DNA of 64,000 bases from Squalus acanthias (lineage: Eukaryota), in contig CM059431.1 in the NCBI GenBank assembly GCA_030390025.1, positions 119,786,001-119,850,000 of the forward strand, read 5' to 3'. Shown here one piece after another: positions 1-13,241 of this stretch (its first letter is position 1; every line of letters starts with the position of its first letter). The notes under the pieces were generated by a model, which searched no databases, had not been told where the DNA came from, and worked only from the letters and a program-made list of their open reading frames with translations. Made by a program: the position numbers and the translations under genes.

Positions 1-152
1 AACAGACCTACCTAGTTTGGCAGTCAAAGGTTAAGCTGAGTTCTGTACTTCTCCCATCTAGTATTTCAGTTCTAAAGTGTTTTTATAATATATGCAAGAC
101 AGTAAATTCTTAGAGATAGTAAAAACAAACAAGGCTTGTTACAGGACATAAT

Positions 153-1040
153 GGGGGAGAAATTTAGTATCGCCCCATTTGGGGTGCAATTATCAGCCGG
201 GCGCAAAGATTAGCACCTGGCGCTAATTATCGCCTCTGACTGCAAACTTGGCTTTTATCGCCTCTGGAGGTGATTGGAGCGCTATATCAGGCATTACACA
301 CCTGTCTTAAGGCGCAAAGGCCGAGGAGCGAGGCACTACCTCAGAGCGCTGGCGAAGCTCATGTGATGTCAGTCAGCAATGGAACACAGACACACTGGCG
401 CCGGCCAGTTCTTAAAGGGGAGGGTCGATCTTGCTCTCCATCCACACCCTCCTCATTGCAGCCTTGAATCTCGGCCTGGAGAGACCTGTACATCAAATCT
501 GTTGGAAAGAACAATGGAGAGGCCCAGGGAAAGAGCTCAGAGTGCAGCCCCCATATTCTCTTCTAAATTGATGCAAGGAAGATCAGACCAGAAAGAACCT
601 GCAAAGTGCTGCTCAGTACCCAAAACCTCAACACAGTTTTGAATATCTCCTGCAGTCTCTCTCTCTCTCAGAATTCGTGGTGCAAAAGTTTTGCAGACAC
701 AAAAAGGCAGGAAACGGTTGCCTTTAAATAGCGCTCCCCCAGTCCCTTCCCGACTGCAAAACGCTCTCCTCAACCTGCTGTTGCTAGCGGCAGGCGGTAA
801 GACAGGGGGCGCCACTCAATATACGGTCCGGGGCGCTACCGGGGTGCTGCACTCTCGACTGACGTCATGATCTGCCGGCCCAGGAGATCGTGGCGGTAGT
901 GTTTAGCGCCGCTGCAAAATGTCTAGTTAATTTCGTGAGTGGTGCAAAAATCGCCGCGCACGGGCGCTAGTTGCTTTGCGCCCCATTAGCGCCCTCTTAA
1001 GGCGCTAACAGGAGGCGCAACCAACTGAATTTTCCCCCCC
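153..1040 (+). mobile_element. GC-rich non-autonomous DNA transposon (PIF/Harbinger-type MITE), family A
   Basis: Inverted termini GGGGGAGAAATTTAGT...ACTGAATTTTCCCCCCC. A near-complete second copy lies in reverse at 46907-47799. The interior reads MERPRERAQSAAPIFS, like the start of a Harbinger Myb/SANT gene. Confidence 0.8.
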
Positions 1041-1427
1041 ATATTTTAAAACAAAATCCACTCTTTTACATCCATTATAAACAGATCTAAATACCTTTGC
1101 ATGAGTCTAAACAACTAATACAATCTCAGAGTTCTGATGGTCTTCATAGTCATAAGTCTGAACTTTGAGAGCTTTATGTCATCATCTGAGCCACATCATT
1201 TGGATTACACTTAAGCAATTTGCCTGGCGTGGTGGAACTCATAATGGAACTTTAGGGCCACTTGTGATGCAAATATTCAGAGCTTGTAGCTTTCAGCACA
1301 ACTGCTGCTCCACGTATCTCTGGGCCTTCATTAACAGCAGAGAGAGAAAGAAAAATAAATTCCTTGGACAAAAAGTTATTGACCTAGACATACCTACTTA
1401 TTCCTGAATGAGGACCGTTCTAACAAT

Positions 1428-1605
1428 AATGAGAAGTCGCACAACACCAGGTTATAGTCCAACAGTTTTATTTAAAAATTACGAGCTTTCGGAGCGCGCG
1501 CCGAAAGCTCGTAATTTTAAATAAAACTGTTGGACTATAACCTGGTGTTGTACGACTTCTCATTTTTGTCCACCCCAGTCCAACACCGGCATCTCCACAT
1601 CATGA
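1428..1605. mobile_element. Penelope-like derived hairpin insertion with 12-bp TSD
   Basis: ~65-bp inverted arms (1428-1492 / 1501-1564) plus tail GTCCACCCCAGTCCAACACCGGCATCTCCACATCAT. Flanking direct repeat CGTTCTAACAAT at 1416-1427 and 1606-1617. Confidence 0.7.
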
Positions 1606-3006
1606 CGTTCTAACAATGACAGGGAAAGACTTCTTCCATGTGCTAGGTGTAGGGTAACTGAGCATATTTATGGTTTCATTACTCCTAGTACAATGAGGAA
1701 ATGTTCCTATTCTGCAACTGCACTTACACTTATATCATAATGCAAAGTAATCTCCACTGACTCTAACCTTGTTTTCTCCACCACTAGAACTCAGGGCAGT
1801 TCGGCATGATAAGTAAGAAGTGATTTTGTTTTAAAGCTCAATGAACCAAAAGCATAAGTCTATATATAGTCAAAAATAAATGAAAGGGAAGAGTTAAAAG
1901 CATTAACACAATGCTAAGGATTATTTAGCATGTGAGTTAAGCATACAGGAAGTTGTGTTCAATCTGAACAACTAAAATAGTAACACATACTGTGGAAAAC
2001 AGTGGAAGGTCTTAAAGGGCTTTTTCTTTTGGCTCATGAAATAACCTTGGCCTCTCAGCTGTACTGATGATTAGTCTATCCACCAGAGCCTTATAAAGAT
2101 AAGGGACAGGAATATTTCATTTTTCTGAAGTGGATTTCAAATCATCATTGTGTTTAATAGCTCCAGAAATCAATCATTAAGACCCCTAATAGTAGGGTCT
2201 TTGAGGCCATATCTTTTGTAATAGTTAACACTGTGTTGTAAATGAAAATGCACAAAAATATAATTTTACTTCAGAACAAATCTTGACAATGTTGTGGCAT
2301 ATGATCTATTTGTAATGAATATCCTGATTTTGTGTCATAACATAGTTAAATTACAACTTTCTACATGTTACAAACTCATAGTTGTACAAAAATATGTGTA
2401 GTGTGTTCACCACCATGTGGAGCTCTAACACTACAATTCAGCTGCACCAGAATATATTTAATGGTAATGGGAGATCCAAATGAATGATTATTCAATGTAA
2501 AACAAACTATTCAAGTCATTTTTAGAATTGTAATTGTGTTTTTCACTTTCTCCTACTGTTCTGACTTTTTAACCATCTACCATGTAACATTATCTTAAGT
2601 TTTCTGTCCTTTTCTACAGTTTCCACTGGTGTTTATGATGTCACTTACAGCACATGTTTATCTGTTCTGGGATACTACAGTATAAATGAAAAGTAGTGAC
2701 TGCACATGAAACGCAAGAGAAACATTATAGGCAATTCCAAAGGTTCTCAGTAGCTACAGAACAAAGTGAGTTTGATTCCTGTTCTTGTGACCACAAGATC
2801 AAGGGTTGAGTTCAAAGATTGTATGAATTTGACCTCTCTTTAATAAAGGTACTTTGGGAGATTATTTTGATGAATCTCAATTTAAGGCAGACACTCAGAT
2901 CAACTTGATTCAGACTTCGAGCATTTGAAATTCAGATAGTCTGAGTTCAACTGCTAAAAAAGGTAATTTTGCATATAAGTGGGAAGAGCATCCCTAGATC
3001 AAAAAG

Positions 3007-3405
3007 GAAGAAAAAATAAACTTGCATTTATATAGTGCCCTTCACGACCTCAGGGCATCCCAAAGGTCTTCATAGTCAATCAAGTACTCATTGAAATTTA
3101 CTCACTGTTGTAATGTAGGAAACACGGCAGCCAGTTTGAACACAGCAATGAGATAATGACCAGGTAATCTGTTTTAGTGATGTTGGTTGAGGGATAAATA
3201 TTGGCTTGGCTACCAAAGAGAACTCTCCTGCTTTTCTTTGAATAATGCCATGGGATCTTTTACATCCACCTGAGATGGCAGACTCTCAGTTTAACATCTC
3301 ATCCGAAAGACAGCACCTCCTACAGTGCAGCACTCCCTGAGTACTACACTGAAGTGTCAGCCTGGATAATGTGCTGAAGTCTCTAGAGCTGGACTTGAAC
3401 CCATG
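3007..3405 (-). mobile_element. Deu-domain tRNA-derived SINE (SacSINE1-like)
   Basis: Reverse complement carries the Deu-type core (GTCTTTCGGATGAGA...AAAAGATCCCATGGCA...) and B-box GGTTCAAGTCC. Similar to 14781-15212 and 16526-16982. Confidence 0.75.
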
Positions 3406-4191
3406 GTTGGGAGTTAAGGCCTCCTATTGGGCGCAATTATGAAAGCACAAGAAATTCAAGTGCTGTTGTAGAACTCAAAGGCCTGTGGCTCCCTAAAGGG
3501 ATTGGATCATCTTGGGGCTTTGAGATACCCTGTGGAGGGAAGAGGAAAGTCTGATCTTGGGTGAGCAGTGTGGAAGCCTACAACTTGAAGATAAATATCT
3601 TGTAGAGCTTCTGAGAAGTGATTTTTTTGCAAGAAGATAATTGTTAAAGGGGCAGTGCAAAGGAGCAAGGTCTTATGGTTACAGTTAAAAAAAATCAGTT
3701 TGAAATCTATCAGCATGCCAATAAACAGGGCTGGTCACATAAGGGCAACCTGTCTTGATCACGAGACTATTGAACATCTGTTGCAGGAAGTAGAGCAGTG
3801 GAGGGATGCCCTACTTCCTTGTAATGGAAGGAAGGTCATGAAGGTCATAGCATGCAAAGAATGCCAAGAGGTGGCAAAGCCCATCAACAAGCATGGCACT
3901 ATGCCAGAGCCATGGTGCAATATGAACATATGAAAATGACAGTCAGGAAAAAAACAACTGGTCCATATAGTTGTGATGACTTATAAATCATGATTCAGAT
4001 ACTCGCTACCCACCAAAAGAAATTAGATGACTTCACCAAGAGAGTGTGAACCTTTCTACAGATTTTACAAATACTTGTGAACCTTGTGGCAACTATCTAG
4101 TTTTCACTCACTGTAATGATCTGGTTGAAATAGTATCATGTAAGGGCAGTACAGCCTCATGCACAATAAGGACTGACTCATTGGACACAAG

Positions 4192-4555
4192 TCCCATTCA
4201 CTTCACACAGTCCTGCGCTCCTGATCTTTGGCCATCCGGTCTGGAGGGGACGGGCAAGTCAGAGGGCCTCCTCGTGGGTCTGCTCCTGGACCTGGCCAAG
4301 GTAGCCATCTATAGGTCCAGATTGGACACGGCCTGTGGGGGTGGTTGCTTGCCTCTTTTCTGCGGTCTTCTCCGCGCCTGGGTGGTCCTGGAGAAGGAGC
4401 ACGCGGTGTCCGCCGGTACGTTTGAGACCTTCCGCGACCAGTGGGCACTGCAGGGACTGGAGTGTATAGTGGACACTAGGTATAATATTATTATTTAATT
4501 TGATAAGTTTCCATTTTCCTTTTGTTTAAGTTCTGTTATCTTTAAAAAGGGGGCA
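4192..4555 (+). mobile_element. Tx1/L1-clade non-LTR retrotransposon 3' fragment
   Basis: Translation LIFGHPV / LLVGLLLDLAKVAIYRSR...FRDQWALQG resembles the Tx1 ORF2 C-terminus, followed by a T-rich 3' UTR. Confidence 0.6.
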
Positions 4556-4869
4556 TATTTATTATTTGGTTTTTAGTTGATGTCACTGGGGTAATCCCAT
4601 GCATTCTTATTGGTTAAGTTATAAAAGGCATTCACTCCACACAAGCATCTGCAGCGATCTAATGCATGAAAGATCAGTCAAGCAGCAGCACCTTCTCAGT
4701 AATGGCAACGACTTCTGAATGCAAAGGGGAACGGCAGTGCGAATGTTATAGGGGGCCATGGTGATGCAGTATGTCCTGGCAGCTGCTCCAGAGGATTCCT
4801 GTGAATTTTGAAAAACTTTCAAGAATATCAACAATCATCAGGGTACGGTTGCCAAAGTCTATCGATCTC

Positions 4870-5300
4870 AGTTTTTAAATTTTCAATTGGCCCCCAGCCT
4901 CAACAGATTTTTGGGGGAGAGAGTTCCAGATTTCCACTATCCTTTGTGTGAAGAAGTCTTTCCTGACATCAACCCTGAACGGGCTAGCTCTAATTTTAGT
5001 TTATTATCCCCTTGTTCTGGACTCTCCCACTAGAGGAAATAGTTTTTCTCTATCTACCCTATCAACTCCTTTAATCCTCAAGTTACTTGTTATTTTCTAT
5101 TGTAGGATTTTATTCATTGGCAGCCTTATTTTTTATTTATTCTCAGGATATGGGCTTTGCCCATCCCTAGTTTCCCTTGAGAAGGTGATGGTGGACTGCC
5201 CACTTGAAGGGTTTTATGCTCCCTGGTTCTGGACTCTCCCACCAGAGGACATAGTTCCTCTCTATCTACCCCAGCAAATCCTTTAATCATCTTAAACACT
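4870..5300 (-). mobile_element. Degenerate CR1 LINE 3' fragments (two pieces)
   Basis: Similar to the CR1 ORF2 C-terminal region at 7550-7710. The segment at ~5205-5300 repeats ~5005-5080. Confidence 0.6.
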
Positions 5301-6419
5301 TCAAATATGCCACAAGAACCCGAGAATCCACCAGGAACTCTAAATATTGCTAAGTATAGTGGGAAAGCTCCAATCCAGGAGGACTTCCATAATCCAACAG
5401 TGAAAAGAAGAGTTTCATCATGACCAGGAAACTTTTAAGGGCTCGATTCTCCACAGCCTTCAGGACAGTGCAAAACCTCAACTATCAGGTAATACAATAG
5501 GTTAGCAGCTACTAAAAACAGATTACCAGCTTTAGTATTTTCTTAAATGTTAGCACAAGCAGGGGTAGATTTTGAAGGAAAGCACTTGAGAAGTTAATGT
5601 TAAGGGGCCGCAGGGCAGAGGAACTGAGGTGAAAGAGAAGACCTGTGGGAAGTAGATGACAAAGGAGACCACCCAAGACAAGTCAAAACGCATGACAACA
5701 CCTGATGGAGATAAAAAGTAATACAAAACACCTGAAAAAAGTAAATATTTAAAGGGAGCAGGGGGACCAGATAGAAGTAAAATCTAAAGTGAACACTTAG
5801 GATTAAGAAAAAGTTAAACCAAAAGAGCCAGCTGGAGAAGTATGAGAAGTAAGAGAAACAGCTGAGAAAAGTATACCTAAGATGGAGACAATGAGATGTA
5901 TTTGCTGTGGGAAGTTCGCAAATGAGACAGCGAAATACAATAGAGAGGTGAAGTAATGGAAACAAATGTCTGTTAATAAGTAAGCTTAAAGAAAGCGTTA
6001 GGGCTTTGGAAAGCAAGGTACAGAAACTTACAAGAGCAGACAGAAATCAGGAGATTTTTGCAGAAGACTAGATGCAATTAGATTGAGTTAGTGAGTCACC
6101 CGAGGTAAATGATATGTCCAGGCTGGCATCAAAACTTGAGAGTGAATCTTCAGGGATTGGGTGTGGAGAATATTATAATCAGAAACCGCGTTGTCATGAC
6201 AACTGGACAAGTATTGAGTCAATGCAATCGAAATTCTGGCAGAATTAACGTTGATAAAAGAAGCAAGAAAGATAGGCAACCCTGTATAACTACCCAAGAG
6301 ATTATATTAGTGAACAGCAAATGGACACTGTCCAATATTGCAAAAGGTAATAAAGTCCCAGAAGAAGCTATCTAGAAAGCCAGGGAGGAAAGATTGGACA
6401 AAGATGCAGTTTGTAAGTC

Positions 6420-6610
6420 ACAGAGGAATTATAGTCGTGTGTTGATTCTTTGCTCACGAACGTGGGTAGGAATGTGTATTGTAAAGACAATGCCTACAGG
6501 ATTGTGAGATGTCTACCAGGAAAGGTTGGAAGGTTTATTGAAGGGACTAGATAGGGACACTGTGGTAGTAGTCGCTGTCGGGCTAAATGACATAAGAAGA
6601 AATAACATAG
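6420..6610 (+). mobile_element. Ancient CR1 ORF1 (SGNH esterase) remnant
   Basis: Reads RIVRCLPG and VVVVAVGLNDIRR, matching the CR1 ORF1 CLPG and VHVGTNDI motifs. Confidence 0.45.
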
Positions 6611-6688
6611 TAGCCTGAATTCCCTATGGTCTGTATGGATCCTTTCCTTCTTCATCTACAAGATCCTCTTCTTTCTCCTAGAATCATA

Positions 6689-7349
6689 GGGGTAAAATTG
6701 GGTTGCTTTGCCCCTACCGTTAGCGCCCACGGGAGGCGCAAAGCCCCTAGTGCCTGGGTGCGGTGCCACGAACGCCTCCTGCAAAATTCAGCGGGGGGTT
6801 AGCGGCGGTGGTAGCCAGTAGCACCCTGCGGCGCTGCCCATCCAGCGATGATATCGTCGCCGTGCGCAGCACCCCGGCCGCAAACTTTGGTTCTGCCCCC
6901 TGACCTACTGCCGGACAATATGTCCGACAGGGTCAGGGTGGTGCTTTTGCGGCCGCGGCGGCACAAATTAAAGGGTAGGTGGCCATTTTTGTTGGGTCGC
7001 CTGCCAGCACCTTCCCCCTTCCGCTTTTTCATGCAGGGTGCCGGCCGCGATCGGTGGTCCAGCAGGGCCCCGGTGTGCGCTGCGCTAGGCCCCTCTCCTT
7101 TAATCAGGAGAAGGAGGCCTGTAATACCGTGGCGCTACACGCCGATGCGTGTGGCGTTGTTCCACGTAGCGCTGCGATATTCAATGGTAGCGCCCCAGGA
7201 TGGAGGGGGAGCGCTTCCAGTAGCGCCCCGCCTCCTGCTTGGGCCCTTCCACTGAATTTACGGCGCAGGACGCTAACATTTTCGGGGCGCTAACAGTAGT
7301 GCCCTGGCATAGTTAGAGCCCCAAAGGGGGCGCGACTGAATTTTTCCCC
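6689..7349 (+). mobile_element. GC-rich Harbinger-type MITE, family B
   Basis: TIR GGGGTAAAATT...AATTTTTCCCC with ATA target duplication. Inserted in the tail of the adjacent CR1. Homologous to 25380-26127. Confidence 0.85.
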
Positions 7350-8345
7350 ATAGAAACATAGAATGGTTACAGCACAGAAGGAGGCCATTCGGCCCATCAA
7401 GCCCGTGCCGACTCTCAGCTAGTCCCACTACCCCGCCCTTTCCCCGTAGCCCTGCAAATTCTTTTCCTTCAGATACTTGTCCAATTCCCTTTTGAAAGAT
7501 AAGATTGAGTCTGCCTCCACCACCCTTTCAGGCAGTGCATTCTAGATCTTAACCACTCGCTGCTTAAAAAAGTTTTTTCTTATGTCACCTTTGGTTCTTC
7601 TGCCAATCACCTTAAATCTGTGTCCTCTGGTTCTCGACCCTTCTGCCAATGGGAACAGTTTCCCTCTATCTACTCTTTCCAGACCCCTCATGATTTTGAA
7701 CACCTCTATCAAATCTCCTTTCAATCTTCTCTGCTCCAAGGAGAACAACCCCAGCTTGTCCAGTCTATCAACATAACTGAAGTCCCTCATTCCTGGAATC
7801 ATTCTCGTAAATCTTTTTTGCACCTTCTCTAAGGCCTTCACATCCTTCCTAAAGTGTGGTGCCCAGAATTGGACAGAGTACTCCAGTTCGGGCCGAACCA
7901 GTGTTTTATACAGGTTCATCATAATTTCCACACTTTTGTACTCTGTACCTCTATTTATGAAGCCCAGGATCCTGTAAGCCTTTTTAACTGCTTTCTCAAC
8001 CTGCCCTGCCACCTTCAACGATTTGTGCACACATACCCCCAGGTCTCTCTCTATTCATGTCCCCTCCTTTTGGATTGTACCATTTAGTTTATATGTCCTC
8101 TCCTCATTCTTTCAACAAAAATGTATCACTTTGCACTTTTTTATGCGTTAAATTTTGTCTGCCAAGTGTCCGCCCATTTCATCAGATTGTCTATGTCTTC
8201 CTGAAGTCTATCACTTTCCTCCTCACTGTTCACTATACTTCCAAGTTTTGTGTCATCTGCAAATTTTGAAATTGTGCCTTGTACACCAATGTCCAAATCA
8301 TTAATATATATCAAGAAAAACAGTGAACTGACCCCTGGGGAACAC
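7350..8345 (-). mobile_element. 5'-truncated CR1 LINE (RT C-terminus and 3' tail)
   Basis: ORFs 8141-8359 (IYINDLD...KFADDTKL) and 7542-8030 (LVRPELEYSVQFWAP...RTRGH). The short repeat tail at 7350-7362 continues at 6679-6688. Confidence 0.92.
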
Positions 8346-9017
8346 ATGCTGTCTGCCACTATGATCCTGGATACTTTCCTCGCATTATATTCCAGCAGAC
8401 TCCCATAATGATCCCGGTATCTGAAACTGCTTCATACTTTCAACTGTGTTTTCTGTGATCACTCCAGTGGAAGCATTAGCTTCATTCTATCTCTGCTCCA
8501 CACCATTAAATGGAGTTCAAACCAGTGTGTGGCAAAACTCGATAGCCAATGTCCCCGCACAGCCAGCTCTTCAATCCTTGCCTTTCGCCAACCAAAAGTG
8601 GAATGGTTGATTGTCTGAGAGTGAAAGCATCAAGTGACCTGCCAGGGAAACTGATATTTTCCTGCACAAATACAGCAACTTCATGACATTGGGAGAGATT
8701 TAGTGACTGGGGGCGCGTTGGAGGTGGGACTGCTGCTTGCCAGGTCGATGTGACACCTCCATCGATTTGTGGCCAACCCACGCTATTTTCCCTTGATTGA
8801 CCTTGTTAAGCCCACCCAGCGGGCTTAGCAGGCCAATTAAGGCAACGCTGGTTGCAGAGCACGTCAACGTATGACGTTTCATTTGTCAAAAATTTTTGAC
8901 AGATGAATTGTCATCGTTTGACAGCTCTGTGAAGCTGTCAAACAGTGACAATCTCTGCAGTTTGATGAGGTCTTGAATACAAGACCTCACCAAACTTCTT
9001 TGTTTTACAGAAATGAG

Positions 9018-9803
9018 GGGCCAAAAATTCGGCACTTGCCGGGTGAGTACGCACTGTGTACTCACCCATAAGGCTGCCTGAAGTGCTGGTTTCCTGCATG
9101 CACTGCGCATGCGCGGGAAACCGGAACTTCCGGTCTCGTGAAGGGTGCGGTTCAGAGGTGAACCGAGCGGTTCGGAGGCGAACCGCGTGCGTGGTAGAGG
9201 CTGCGCGCATGCAGCGAATTTAGTTTTTTTTTCAGGTTTCTCCGGGAGGGTAAGTATTGAAGAACCTGCGCTTTTAAAAAGGAGGCGCAGGACCCGTTTT
9301 CAACAAGGTAAGTGGTTAATTAATTATAATTTAAATTTTTTTTCAACAGGTTTATCTTTTTTAGATACTTTAAATAAAGGTAAGTTTATTTTTAGCAATG
9401 TTAAAAAGTATTTTAATTTTTTCAAAAATTAAAATTTTTGTTTAAAGTAGTTAATTTATTTAACTTATAGTTATTTTAAAAATGTGATGGTTTTTTAAAA
9501 AATGTATTTGAAGTTTAGCTGTTGTTTTGGGGCCGATTTCAATTCATAGATTTGACAGGTCTTCCTGTCAAATCTATGAATGAAAGAAGGTCTGCTGCCA
9601 TTGGCTCTCCATGGCCCACGTGATCCCAGGGGACGCATCGCACTAACTGTGCCCCTGGGACACACAAGCACTGCGCGCCGGCAGTTGGAGTAGGCCCAGG
9701 AGCCGAAGTCCACGTGGGTCAGATGCAGAATGGCAGACGCGGTAGGTAAGTGCGCGCGCGATCCTTACCCCCGCGGCAAGCCGGAGAGGCGAATTTCTGG
9801 GCC
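9018..9803 (+). mobile_element. Harbinger-type MITE, family C (GC-rich arms, AT-rich core)
   Basis: TIR GGGCCAAAAATTC...GAATTTCTGGGCC with GAG duplication (9015-9017, 9804-9806). Homologues at 24267-25030 (reverse) and 44327-45088. Confidence 0.85.
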
Positions 9804-10194
9804 GAGATGTTTGTTGCATCTGAGAATGCAACGGCCATCTCTCATCTGCAACACAGAGGTCCGAGACTCACCGCATACAAACCGACTGAAGCCTGCAGGA
9901 AGAAACAAAGGTAAGTACACTTTCAAAAATACTTTTCACTTACGTCAGATACTCACCTCTCCACTCTTGCACCCATCACTTACCTTCACACCACACTTTT
10001 GCACCCCCCCCCCCGACCCCCACGGACCCAGCACTCACCTCGCTGAGCTGGCGGGTTTTGGAGCCTTCGGGAAGCCCGCACTTGTGAGGGCAAAAAGGGG
10101 ATAATCCTATTTTCTGCCTGTTAATTACCTGTATTCGCTCCCATTCAATGCATTTCAATGGTGAGGCAGACAGTGAGATGCCAAAAAACTTTTC

Positions 10195-10811
10195 GCCCGG
10201 GCGTTGCTAACGACTCCCGCTAAATTCAGCGGGAGTTTAGTGGCGGCGGTAACCGGTAGCACCCCACTCCGCTGCACAGGCAATGATGACGTCATCACCG
10301 TGTTGCGTTTTCACCCTGCCTGCAAAATTGGCCCGTGCCCCCTGAATCTGCGCCAGGCGATGACAGTGACTGTTTCAGGGGGTGGGAACGGAGCAGCAGA
10401 AGGCTCGTGAGGTGGTAAGTAAAGGGGAGGTGACGGACGGGGGAGGAAAAAAAAAATCGGCCGACTTACTTGTAGCGACCCATTGCATATTTCAACGTGG
10501 GGTCCGTGCTGCGATCTGGCAGCCCGGCACTCCTCTTGAGTGCCGGGCTGCTGGCACGGCACCCCGGTCGCCGGTGGTCCAGGTAATGCTCCGCAGAGTT
10601 GTGGACTTGGGCCCTCCCCTTTAATGAGGAGAGGAGCCCTTCCATGCGGCAGATATTCGGGGTTAGCACTCTAAAAAGGAAGTGGAGCACTTGAATTAGC
10701 ACTCCACCTCCCTCTTGGGGCGCTAAAACTGAATTTAGCGATTGCTGGCGCTATTTTACGCTGGGCGCCAAATTTAGCGACTCAAAACGGTCGCTAGCGA
10801 ATTTTCCCCCC
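10195..10811 (+). mobile_element. Partial MITE related to family B
   Basis: Shares AAATTCAGCGGG...GGTAGCACCC and CCGGTGGTCCAG blocks with 6689-7349 and ends in GAATTTTCCCCCC. Left boundary unclear. Confidence 0.55.
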
Positions 10812-10881
10812 TTTGTTTTTTGTTGGTGTTCTTTTTTTAATGTGGGCGGCTATAACACAAATCTGTGACTGGCGTTGGGAC

Positions 10882-11041
10882 CAATGTTCCCTCTAAAATT
10901 TCAATGTTGTCCGCGGCCAGTTTTTTCAATGCGCGGTACCTTAGTGGCCGAGCAGGCGGGGTATTTGGGAGCTTGTGAGCAGCCTGCGCGGTACCTTCAA
11001 GATAGCTGTGCTTACACACACACAGCCTAGAGGGAAAGTTG
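10882..11041. mobile_element. Short hAT-type MITE
   Basis: TIR CAATGTTCCCTCTA...TAGAGGGAAAGTTG with exact 8-bp TSD GTTGGGAC (10874-10881, 11042-11049). Confidence 0.85.
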
Positions 11042-11189
11042 GTTGGGACAGGAAGTTGGTTCACAGATCATTCTGATGTCATAAATTCAACAAAACTGAA
11101 ATATTTGTGCAATAAGGTATTTTAATTTCCCAGTTATTCAGTGGCCTAGAGGTGATCTATCTAGTATTGAGTGGGGGACAGATGAAAGA

Positions 11190-11830
11190 CTTGTAGATTT
11201 ATAAATGATTGTTTTCTTTTACAACAGGCTAGTGAGGAACCTATGGATAATCAGGTACTGAAGCGAGTTTTTACTAATGACTGTGTTGCAGTGTCAGACC
11301 ACCATGGATCACATGAGTAACAGTGACCATAATATTATTAGATTTAAATTGATCAGAGAAATCATAGCTGCTGAAAGTTTATTGCTAGTGCTAGATTGTA
11401 TGAGAACTAAATTTGTCGTATTGGGTGGCAATGATAGCAACACTGAAGAAAGATTGAATGCTTTCAAAACCACCCTTATTCAAAAGGAAATCATGTGTCT
11501 CCTTAAAAATTAAAAAAAGTGCACATGGTAAAACAAAACCAAACCAGCTAACTGATCATGTGCAAAAACAAATTAGACTTAAGCAGAAATATTTTTACAG
11601 GCTTAAAGAAAATAAATCTCAGGAGAAAGGGATAGTCTCAAACTCAGTTGAATGCAACTAAAGCTGCTATCAGCAGCCAAAAGGTGCAATCGTTAAAACA
11701 AGGTCTGTTTCAGCTATATTAGAAGTCAGAGGGCAATTAAGGACTGTACAAGGTAAATGAAGGATTCCTCAGGGCAGATTCTGGTACACTCCCAGTATAT
11801 GGCAGAGGTCTTAAATGGCTTTTGAAGATG
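11190..11830 (+). mobile_element. Ancient CR1 ORF2 (endonuclease and downstream) remnant
   Basis: NSDHNIIRFKL matches the APE endonuclease SDH motif. Later LFSYIRSQR and MAEVLN resemble CR1 ORF2. Confidence 0.5.
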
Positions 11831-13241
11831 ATGCTGGGTTACTATAATAATAGGTTGATGCTATAATTGAAAATGTCAAAGTGAATGTGACATAATCCTG
11901 GCTTGAATGAGGAATCTCCAAATGCTCACTCGATGACAGCATTCATTCGAGGGAGCTGAAAGAAATGGGGGCTTAGTTCGCGTTGGCCTGCTGGCGTGAA
12001 ATAGGCACAGGGAATGATTTATTTCACCGGTACAGGTGGGCCTCAGGCAGCTCACCGGCGAAGAGGATTTCAATTTCAGGCAGTTGTGTCACCGGCAGCA
12101 GCTCTCTGGTAGGTCCTGGGAGAGGGGGCAGCAATTGGGGGAGAGAAGGGGGCAATGATTGGTAGAGGGCGATTGGGAGGGGGCTGAGCAGGGGCCGGTA
12201 ATGGTACGCGAATGAAGCAGTGAAGAGCAGTCCTGCACCTCCCGGCTTCGTATTCAGGTAGATATATTTTTTTTAATTACCTCCTTGGTTGTGGCCTGTA
12301 GCGGTCCCTTTAAGCAATGCCTGGTGAGGCACCATCTAATTTCTAGGCCAGGGTCTGTGCTCTATCAGCCACTTACTCTTATATTTAACAGCTCATCAGG
12401 ATCAGCACAGAACTTTGCACACCAGAAGTGCATATCAGGAATTCAGGCACAGTGGTCATTGGGCCCCACAGGATTTTCCATCCATTAAGATCAATGGTCA
12501 GAAAAGTGAGGTTTTATAATTATAACCAGCCACACCTTAAATCCTCATATGTGCTTCCTACAGACAAGATTCCACAGCAGAAACACAAATTCATAAAATC
12601 TACCCTTACATCCTCACTTACGAACTGATCTCCCTGGTGAGACATCCTTCACCAGTTTCTAATCCTTGTCATAATTGTTATTCAGATCCATGGGCTCATA
12701 TTTTGTTCTACTCAAAATCCATTAGTCCCCAAAAAATAAAAAAGAATTTGGGGCTCTGTGATTGGTAGGTAAATCAATGTTTGGGCAACATAGCAAGTCC
12801 TTCCCTAGGGTTCATACTGTCACTACAGAAATTGAATGATGGAATGATTCATAACTACACAACGTGATATTAACATTAACATGAACCAATTCAACCTGTC
12901 AATGGCAGAAAAATCGCAAGCAAACAAATTCTTCAATACATTACAATCCAGGACATACATACAGAAATGCCAAAAATTCCCACTGTACACATGCTGCACT
13001 TTTTAAAAAGATCCATGTTACAAATTTGAGTCTGTCATAGATACCTTCTCGGATTGTGATACCAGTTATTCTCATAAACAGGTTGCCTGCCCCATGTGCC
13101 TCATACTGCCCAATATCTACTTATACAATAATATAACCCAGGATATAATAATAATATAACCTTCTGATCTGAACTGGATGTTTATGCCTTTTACACATGC
13201 TCCACTGTAATATTTTTGAAGGTGGACTGAGACAACATTTA

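Noticed and set aside
2620..2771. Plus-strand exon-like segment (CTACAG...GTGAGT)
   Set aside because: No convincing coding frame and no partner exons; such sites arise by chance in AT-rich DNA.
5600..6016. 138-aa hydrophobic minus-strand ORF as a membrane protein
   Set aside because: Antisense of purine-rich degenerate sequence upstream of the CR1 ORF1 remnant; a compositional artefact.
6799..7293. Overlapping ORFs in GC-rich MITEs (also 25448-26093)
   Set aside because: Expected from low stop-codon frequency in GC-rich DNA, with no domain motifs.
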